Program-made: the position numbers and the translations under genes | Shown: piece by piece, positions 54,614 through 64,000 of the stretch | Layout: every line of letters begins with the position of its first letter | How positions within the stretch are numbered: the first letter of the stretch is position 1 | Notes under the pieces: generated by a model | What the model was told of the DNA's origin: nothing | What the model saw: the letters and a program-made list of their open reading frames with translations, nothing else | Databases searched by the model: none | Origin: the human T2T-CHM13v2.0 reference genome, Homo sapiens | Length of the DNA stretch: 64,000 nucleotides | Assembly: GCF_009914755.1 (NCBI RefSeq) | Contig: NC_060933.1 | Direction: 5' to 3' (one strand)

Positions 54614-55779
54614 CTGCATGAAAAATTAATTTAAGTTAAGATTCCCTTTCTGTTTCCAGCAGGGACTATGCTTGATTTCAGTCCATCGAGAATCACCTTC
54701 TCTGATTACTAGAAAAAGGAAGGAAAAATGGGATCATCAAGTCGAAAACATAATGGCTATGAAAACAAATACAACGGTAAAAGGTTAAAAAAAAACCCTT
54801 AAAGAGGCTGCAGAGATTTTATTTTCTGCATTTTGATGGCACAGATTTTTTTTTTCTTTCCGTTCCAAAGCCCTTCTTCTGCTCTCTATAATTATTTATC
54901 TCAGCAGCCTGGTGACAGCTACCAGTAAGAGTACGGCAGCCGTATTTCTGGCTGGAAGATTCAGAATATCCATTCTATTTCACCAGGGCAGGGCCCCAGG
55001 ACCAATTTTCTGCCCAGGCTGAATGGCCGGAACAGACACATTGCTGGGTTTCTACAGTGCCATTTCCTAAATCTCATTTTGGCAGACACCCTGGCTTTGA
55101 TTTCAGGTCATTTTAGACCTGTGTGGTTCTGCTGGCAGCCACCCATCCTGCTAAAATAACTACAGCTTAAGCACAGAGAGGACTAACAAAATTAAAAATG
55201 GAAATAAAATAAAACCACCCCGCTTCAGTGGCTCACGGTCAAATTAGCAAGCAAGAGAAGTCACAAGAAAAAATACTTGATGCTTGTGAAAGATGAAGCA
55301 CCGGGAACAGATGTGCTCTCCTATTTTCACTCCGCTGTGGACACGAGTCTTACAAATAATGCATTTCCTATAGGGCAGTGATCAGAGAGATGATGAAGAA
55401 TTTGGGACAAAAATTAAGTGGTGTATGCCACCACGAACACGCTTCAGGAAACTGCAAAGGAGCTGCTTTATTTTGACCCAATAATGGGGATTCCTGCAGG
55501 AAGGCTTTGCCAGACACCAGATAGACCATGCTTCCGGGTCTCAGAAACAGAGGCAGGGTGCAGCCACCTAGTCTACATTTTAAAAGCTAAAACCAGTAGC
55601 CTCCCATTTCTCTACTGTGGCAAATGTGAGCACCAACACTATAAATTAAAAATGTCACTGAACCAGTTATAATAATCTGCTAAATAATTTGAAGAACATT
55701 GAGACCTTCAGGAAAGAGCTCAGCAGCCTGAGTCATCTCTGCAATAGAGGACAAGGTATACTTAAGAGTCTCATCGCTT

Positions 55780-56080
55780 GGCTGGGTGCAGCAGCTCATG
55801 CTGGTAATCCCAGCACTTTGGGAGGCCGAGGCAGGAGGATTGCTTGAGCCCAGGAGTTCAAGACCAGCCTGGGTAACATACTGAGACCTGTCTCTCCAAA
55901 AAAAAAAAAAAAAGCCAGGCGTGGTGGTGCACACCTGTAGTCCTAGCTACTGGGGAGGCTGAGGTGGGAGGATTGCTTGAGCCCTGGAGGTCAAGGCCTC
56001 AGTGAGCTGTGATTGCACCACTGCACTCCAGCCTGGGCAACAGAGCAAGACCCAGTTTCAAAAGTAAGTAAATAAATAAA
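55780..56080 (+). mobile_element. AluJ
   Basis: TSD aagagtctcatc; its tail lies about 60 nt from the exon 17 donor. Confidence 0.93.
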
Positions 56081-56141
56081 GAGTCTCATCATGCTAAGGG
56101 ACTGATCTGTTTTGGCTCCTGACAGCAAGACCAGTACTTAC

Positions 56142-56213
56142 GAACTTGTAGACAGTCTTCATGGCCGGATTTGCTTTGGTCTTTACAGTATTCAGAATTG
56201 CTCCACTTCCTTT
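56142..56213 (-). CDS. DENND1A: DENND1A coding exon (exon 17), KGSGAILNTVKTKANPAMKTVYKF
   Basis: Acceptor ttatag|AAA, donor TTC|gtaagt; 72 nt, phase 0/0. Confidence 0.95.
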
Positions 56214-58604
56214 CTATAATAAAAATGTCAATTAGCAATTTGGGCTGAAGACAGAGTCATCCAACACCAACAAAGACTGCTTCTCTTCAATCGAGTTAAG
56301 CAACATTTCAAAGGTATGTAAATGCACATCGAGAAATAGGCCTGGATGATAACTGGTCCCTGCCAGTCAGTTATGGTCATGACAGAAGGACTCTCGGTGG
56401 GAGCTGTGGGTGGGTGTGTATGGACTGGGGATGAGGAGTGTGAATTGATGGAAGGAGACTCTAGACTCAGTGCTCTGCTTGGCACCTGTTCCCTGGCTGG
56501 AGGGAACTGCATCACAGGCTGCCTAAGGCAAGGGCTTCCCTATGGGCATCTGTGGCTTTTCAAGATATTCTAGTTACCACGGATGACACTCAGGTAAGTT
56601 TAATAACCGTGGACTCCATAGCTGACACCAAGCCGGGGCAGAAAGTGGGGCCCTGATCAGCCAGGATCGTTGGGAAATACATTGCCCTCACCGTGCAACT
56701 TCCTTTTCTTTCCTTGGTTTTCTGTGGTGTTTTTTTAAATCTCTCTGGTAGGCTGCCTTCCTTAACATCTAAATCTTGAAAAAAGGAAAGAATGAATAGC
56801 CACAAATGTTCACCATGGCTTTAGTTAAATCCAACACAGCAATTTCTCGCTCACTTTCTTTAGGAGCAAAAGTGGGAGGAAGGAGGAGGGAAGGCCTTCC
56901 CGCTCCTAAAAGAGGCAGTGGAGGGACCTGAAGTGCACAGGGCACGTTTTCATAGCTGTCCGTGAATCCATTTCTCAGTCTCATCCCTGCAGACACGTCG
57001 TGAGGGTTCTGAAGACACCAGGCCAAGGGAGGCCTGATCTCTGCCTTCCAAAACCTCCAGTTGGAGAGGCAGGACAGCACAGTAAATAATTACAACAGCG
57101 TGTGATGACGGCTGTAATGGCTGTGTGCACAGGGAGCGTGGAGACTTGGAAGATCAGGGAAGGCCTTGGAGGATGAAACACTGGACCTGGTCCATGAAGG
57201 ATAAATAGGAGTTGATGTAGGAGACGGGAGGAGAACATTCTAGGGACAGGAAATAGCACAAAAAAGAAAGTGCAGAAGCTGAAAAGCCATGGCGTATGCT
57301 GTAACAAGTGGCTGCTGTACTGCGCCATGACACACTCCCATGAGTGTATCATCAGAGAAGCATTAACTGAGGCTGGGAGGCCAGATGGGGCCAGCTCGTG
57401 AAGGGCCCGGAATGCCAGGCTAAGGGGTCTACACTACAGAGCGTTTTTAATCAAATTCATCACAGAATCAGGTCTGTGGTGGTTTAAAAAAACTGATTCG
57501 GATGGAGAGAGGCTGGAACCAGTGGGTACCTAAGAGAATAAGATACAGTAATGTAATTATCGGTCTTAACTTTTAGCACAATTTTTGGTAACTGCCCACA
57601 TTAGAAATTTTGAGCTTTAATTAAAAACATTACAATTTGACCTAGAAAGCATTCTATGTTGTAGGACAATGGGAAATTTTCACCCACTCATTTATTCCAT
57701 ACTGCTTTCCAAAATTACTCAGTATCCCATTTAAATGGTCCTTTGGAGTATTGAAACTCCCTTTATCAATCAATCAACAAGTCCTTATTACTCCTCTCTG
57801 ATTTGCCAAGTGCTGTGTTTGGCCATACAAGAGGAACAAAGGAAGTCTTTCATGAAGGAATTGCTTACTCTCCGCCAACTGCAGCCACTTCCAAGGGACT
57901 CGCCTGGCAGCAGTGCACTGACGCATTAGCAGGAGGGAACACTTATCACTTGATGCTGGAGTTGCCTGCTTCGTGCCCGCCTCCCCAGCAAGACAGGGAG
58001 CTCCCCCAGGGCAGGGCCTGTACCCTGCTCCCTGCTGCATCCCCAGTACCCAGCAGGGTGCCTGGCACACAGTAGGCCTTCAGGACACCTCAATTATAAA
58101 CTGATGGAAGGGAAAGGCAAGATTTCGAATTCTTTAGAGACGTTGGAAGCCCTATGCCCCTGGCTCCTGACACATCAAGACACCTCACAACAACAGTCAA
58201 CCTCCCAGTGATGTGTTCCCCATCTTCCCAGGAGCTTTGCTGTGAAAGAGGTTACACAGCAGCAATTTTTGGTTTGCCCATGATCATGACAATTGCTCTG
58301 GCCCTAGAAGGAGAACCCCCCGAATGCTCTAAGACAGCAACATTCCATTCAGCTCTCCTTGGCTGGTTTCCTGCAGAGGAGGAAGCCTCTCATGCCTTTT
58401 TCAGCCCCCACCAAGTGATGGCTTTGGACAATCCCACCCTTCTAGTCTCCATCTGGCATGAGAAGAGCCTGGCTTTACAAACAAAGGCATCTCCAGCAGA
58501 GAGAATGGAGTGCTCCAGGATGGAAGGGGAAGCACAGGGAAGCGGAAGGCTGCCAGGAAGCTAAGGAGGGAGTCCAGGGGGCTCTGAATTGGGTGCATGC
58601 TTAC

Positions 58605-58645
58605 CCGGACAGTGGAGAGCCACTGATGGTACAGTTTGTCACTGC
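58605..58645 (-). CDS. DENND1A: DENND1A coding exon (exon 16), (G)[13 protein letters not shown]
   Basis: Acceptor tccccag|GC, donor CGG|gtaagc; 41 nt, phase 1/0. Confidence 0.95.
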
Positions 58646-58715
58646 CTGGGGAAAGAGAATTCAGAGAAGCTGTCACTTAAAGAGGTGATTTGTCCTTGGG
58701 AGTCCTTAAAATTGC

Positions 58716-59099
<384 letters not shown>

Positions 59100-60102
59100 T
59101 GATCATGCAGTACCCTGACTGCAAACTCAGCAGCCACCTCACTGCCTGCTGGCTGGAGGTCAGGCTCCGAGGCAGCCGTGCCACTCTCCTCCAGTCGCGC
59201 CTCACGGCCTCTCCATCCTGTGCTGCTGTGATGCTGCACCACCTTATGTCCCACCACGGGGAACTACTTAAGGGACCACGGGGTCCATAAACCAGCATCC
59301 TCGCAGGCCTGCAGGCCCTTGCAAATGCCGCTCCCTTGCCTAGTCACCACGCCCTACTCTCTCTGCTTAGTAAACTTGACAGCTCAGATGTGATGTCCTC
59401 TGGAGGCTTCTCCTTCCTCTGAACAGCCCTCGGGAATAGGTAACAGCCACTGAGACATCCGTACTCTGGGAAGTACTGTGAGGGGCACCAGAACAGGAAC
59501 CCCCAGGGCTGTGTGTCCCATTGAAAGGACCCTGCTGGACACACATTGAACCCTCGGAGAGTGAGACAGAAAGAAAATGGATGTGCTGTTGGTAAACTCT
59601 GTTCATTTTAAATGGTGGGTCTTAACCTACTGAATAAGTGAACTCAGTTTAACAACACCTAAAGCCTTTCTTCCTGGAACTCACATGCAACCGTTAGAAC
59701 ACAACTCCAGCCCAGCCTCCTTTGTCAAGCCCTCACATTACACAGCGAGGATTAACACAGCCCTAGTCTAACCGCACCGAAATGCGTTTCTACTCCTTTT
59801 CCTGAATTGGTTTAATTTCTGATTGTCTTTAGTCATGCATTTCTCTCTCCTACCTAACACTCCTTGAGGGCAGAACTGGGTCCTCCGCTTTTTACTCTAT
59901 GGGGCTCTGGACCTAGCAGGTGTTCAGGAAATGCTTATCAGTGACTGGCTATTGCTGTTTGTAGACTTCATGGTGATTTTCTTAACTGTGCTCTCCATGC
60001 AGCACAGGCTGGGAGGGCCTGCAATGTTTATAGGTGTATACTGTGCCTTGCTCTGTGAGCTTACAAACTGCCAATTGGATTATCACAGTAGTCCAGAATA
60101 GA

Positions 60103-60176
60103 CACACACCCAGCAATAAAAGGGGGCCAGCAGCATGGGCACACACCCAGCAATAAAAGGGGGCCAGCAGCATGGG
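60103..60176. repeat. Perfect 37-bp tandem duplication (2 copies)
   Basis: CACACACCCAGCAATAAAAGGGGGCCAGCAGCATGGG at 60103-60139 and 60140-60176. Confidence 0.95.
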
Positions 60177-60392
60177 TATTATTTTGCATCTGGTTTTGCC
60201 TTCGCTGCCAAAGACTGAGGCGATGGGATTTGGAAAGAAGGTCAGACTGGGATTCAGGAGGTAGACTCAGCCACCAACACCTCTCTGGGCCTTAGATGCC
60301 TCCTCTGAAAAATGAGAAGACAAGACCTTCAGTTCTTCAGATCTGCAGGGACCAGGCACTCAACAATAATTTGTCATATTTTAAAGAAACAG

Positions 60393-60707
60393 GGCTGGGT
60401 ATGGTGGCTCACACACCTGTAATCCCAGCACTTTGAGAGGCTGAGGCAGGTGGATCACCTGAGGTCAGGAGTTTGAGACCAGCCTGACCAACATGGCGAA
60501 ACCCTGTCTCTACTAAAATACAAAAATTAGCTGGGCGTGGTGACACGTGCCTGTAATCCCAGCTACTCAGGAGTCTGAGGTGGGAGAATCACTTGAACCT
60601 GAGAGGCAGAGGTTGCAGCAGTGAGCCGAGATCGTGCCACTGCACCCCAGCCTGGACAACAGAACAAGACTCTGTCTCAAAAACAACAACAATAACAACA
60701 AAAAAAA
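60393..60707 (+). mobile_element. AluSx-like
   Basis: Full Alu. Confidence 0.93.
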
Positions 60708-61213
60708 CTTACTGCACACAGTCCCCATGCCAGGAACTGTCCTGGATGACTGCACAAACCTTTCCTCATGTACTCTGATTTAATCTCAACAGGAATCCTG
60801 TGAGGTGGGACACGGTACGTACTCTCAGGACATGGATAGGAACTTTAGCTACAGAAGGGGAAATGACTCAACCAGGGTCTTGCAGCTTGTGAGGAGGCAG
60901 AGTCCTAACTTGAATCCAGGCCTCCTAACTGAATACTGCATGTGCTTCCCAGTGGACCACGCTGGCTACTACTTTAACTAGACTTTGTCTACACAGGGGA
61001 AGCAACTGATCCTAGGCTGGGCGACTTCATATGGGCCAGTGTGCATTTTGTCAGAAAACAAAGAGGAATTCTTCAAACATTTCAAGGCCAAGCTTGAAAG
61101 CAGTCTCTTCCTAAGCCCCAATAAAGGAAAAGCAAGTCACTGCCACTCCTTGTCAAATATGCCCTAAATGATAGCAGCCTGCAGCCCCGGAAGGAAAATG
61201 AGTTGCTTCTCAC

Positions 61214-61301
61214 CAGCGTACTCGCCCATGTTGATTTCCTCTTCAAAAACATCACTGAAACCTTCGCCGGAATTGAGAAGATCTAATCGACCATCAATAA
61301 A
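61214..61301 (-). CDS. DENND1A: DENND1A coding exon (exon 15), FIDGRLDLLNSGEGFSDVFEEEINMGEYA(G); contains the FxDxF AP-2 alpha-ear motif (FSDVF)
   Basis: Acceptor ttctatag|TTT, donor G|gtgaga; 88 nt, phase 0/1. Confidence 0.96.
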
Positions 61302-61658
61302 CTATAGAAAGAAGGAACAAAAGCACAACAGCTCGTACAAAGAAAAGGGGGAAAAACCATTCAGCTGGGCACCTTACTGTATCCAAGGTAGGAGTTTTCA
61401 AAAAGTAAGGTTCAACAGGCAAGTTTCTTTCTAAAATACCGGCTGCATATTTATGATAACTTGGAAAACCACACGGCAGATTTGCAAAGGGTCTGTCTGG
61501 TCAGTGACTGCTCTCTTCATCCAATCCCCCTCCCCTGAGCCTCTTTTGCCTGGGGCCTGAGTCCCATCCATGCCTGCGGCCTCAGTACTTAGAGTGGAGA
61601 CAGCTGCAGAAATCCCCGCCAGGGAGCCAGACCCAGGCCAGACCAGGGAGGGAGGCAC

Positions 61659-61763
61659 CTGCTTGAAGAGCTGCAGCTGTGTGGCGTTCTGCAGGAACTG
61701 CCTCATGGCTCCGGAGCGGTAGTGGGACACGAAGGCTTCCTCACAGAAAGTGATCGGCTCCTC
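61659..61763 (-). CDS. DENND1A: DENND1A coding exon (exon 14), [35 protein letters not shown], dDENN module
   Basis: Acceptor ttcccag|GAG, donor CAG|gtgcct; 105 nt, phase 0/0. Confidence 0.96.
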
Positions 61764-61823
61764 CTGGGAAGTGCAGAGGGGAGAGGTGGGTCAGTGGCAC
61801 GGAGCAAGAGCCATCAGTTTTGA

Positions 61824-62228
<405 letters not shown>

Positions 62229-62546
62229 TATTATCTAATAATAGAAATATCTAACTATTTCTAACTAGCTAATAGTGAAGTAGCTATTATCAAGAAATTC
62301 ATTTTCTTTTATGGATGAGGAAGCTGTTTCAGAGAGGAAGAGTCATCCCGCAAAGTCACAGAGAGGGTAGAAGGCAGAGCAGGAACCAACAGTCAGATTC
62401 TACACCCCACATCCCCTTCCGTACCCCAAGGGCTATTTAGGGAGACATGCCCTCCAATGTGAAGATTTCTAAACTTTTCACTTTTTTCACTTTTAGCAGC
62501 GGAACCCTTTATTCAGATAGGATTTTATGCAGAAGCAGCCCTGCTA

Positions 62547-63070
<524 letters not shown>

Positions 63071-64000
63071 TTACCTGAGTTCCATAATGCAGAGATCAGC
63101 TGCTCTGGAGGACCTGGGGGTAGAGCAGGGGTGCTGGCTGGGTTCTCCAGGCTTGGCCACCTCCTCATCCCCCAACATCCCAGGCATCTTTGCAGTCCCT
63201 AGGCCACTGGCTGTGGGACATACTTTGAAAACCATTTACACAGTGACCTTAAACAATAGCAAACTGAAATTTTAAAATAATTAAAGAACGGGGATGATCA
63301 AAAATAAAATATACTATCCAATCGATTTTATGCTTATGTTGTTTGATAAGCAAGTTTGCTTTTACCAAACCATGTTTTATGAGTCAAGAAGACGATACCC
63401 TGAGTTAAAAAAAAAAAAATCCTATCCGTATAGAGCTAACACCTCACTTTTTCTTTGAACATGTTTGGAGTGCTTATCTACACAGACAAGTCTTTAATTT
63501 CAGCGGTGTATTCTCAATTCTGAAAGATCAGACTTTCAGATCTTGAGCTGAATTAAGGGTAACACCCCACCCCCCAGCCCTGGTAGCAAACACAGAGATG
63601 TTTGAAGCTCCACTTTTATCCTATTTTAATGAGTTGCATGAGTGTTAAATTTACTGTCGAGCTTCCGTAAGTTCTAAGAGTTCTTCCTGCTTAAATCTAG
63701 CCAATATTAACTCAGAAGCTGGGCAGACTTATTGCACAAGGGCTGTGAGGATGACCCAAAAATATTAGGGTAAGGAGAATATTTATTTTTATACAGTTAC
63801 ACCCTACCTAATTTTACAAAGGATCTGAGGCAGCTTATATGAGCATCTAAAACAACAAAGAAAAACATCAGGGCTGCCAAATACATAGATATATAAAAAG
63901 TATTTGTTTGGGAAAAAAGTAGCTGGGTATGTAGGTCCTATGTGGCATCTAAGTTAAGTTACAAAATTAGCTCTGAGCTTCCTGGCTGCTGGAGCAAGAA

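Overview
Human (primate) genomic DNA lying entirely inside the DENND1A (connecdenn-1) gene, which is transcribed on the minus strand. I could reconstruct seven canonical coding exons (14-20 in the 1009-aa V1 numbering as I recall it), all with GT-AG boundaries and continuous phase. There is also a 54-nt in-frame cassette exon (LQRLRPTRPPPKIQRSRP) and the alternative last exon 20A, which encodes the 33-aa tail of the PCOS-associated isoform DENND1A.V2 and has its own AATAAA. The MIR601 hairpin sits in the 1.5-kb intron between exon 20 and exon 20A. About 1 kb upstream of exon 20 is a near-perfect 27 x 62-bp VNTR, which accounts for all the long ORFs in the ORF track. The rest is intronic: about 25 Alu copies or fragments, a 5'-truncated L1PA nested inside a split Alu, an L1PB 3' end, MIRs and DNA-transposon fossils. 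I found no convincing novel protein-coding system. The best leads are regulatory: the VNTR, miR-601, UG repeat, poly(A) signal and CTCF motif clustered around the V1/V2 decision point, plus several well-formed candidate alternative terminal exons in intron 19. Gene, isoform and repeat-family names come from recall, not from a database search.
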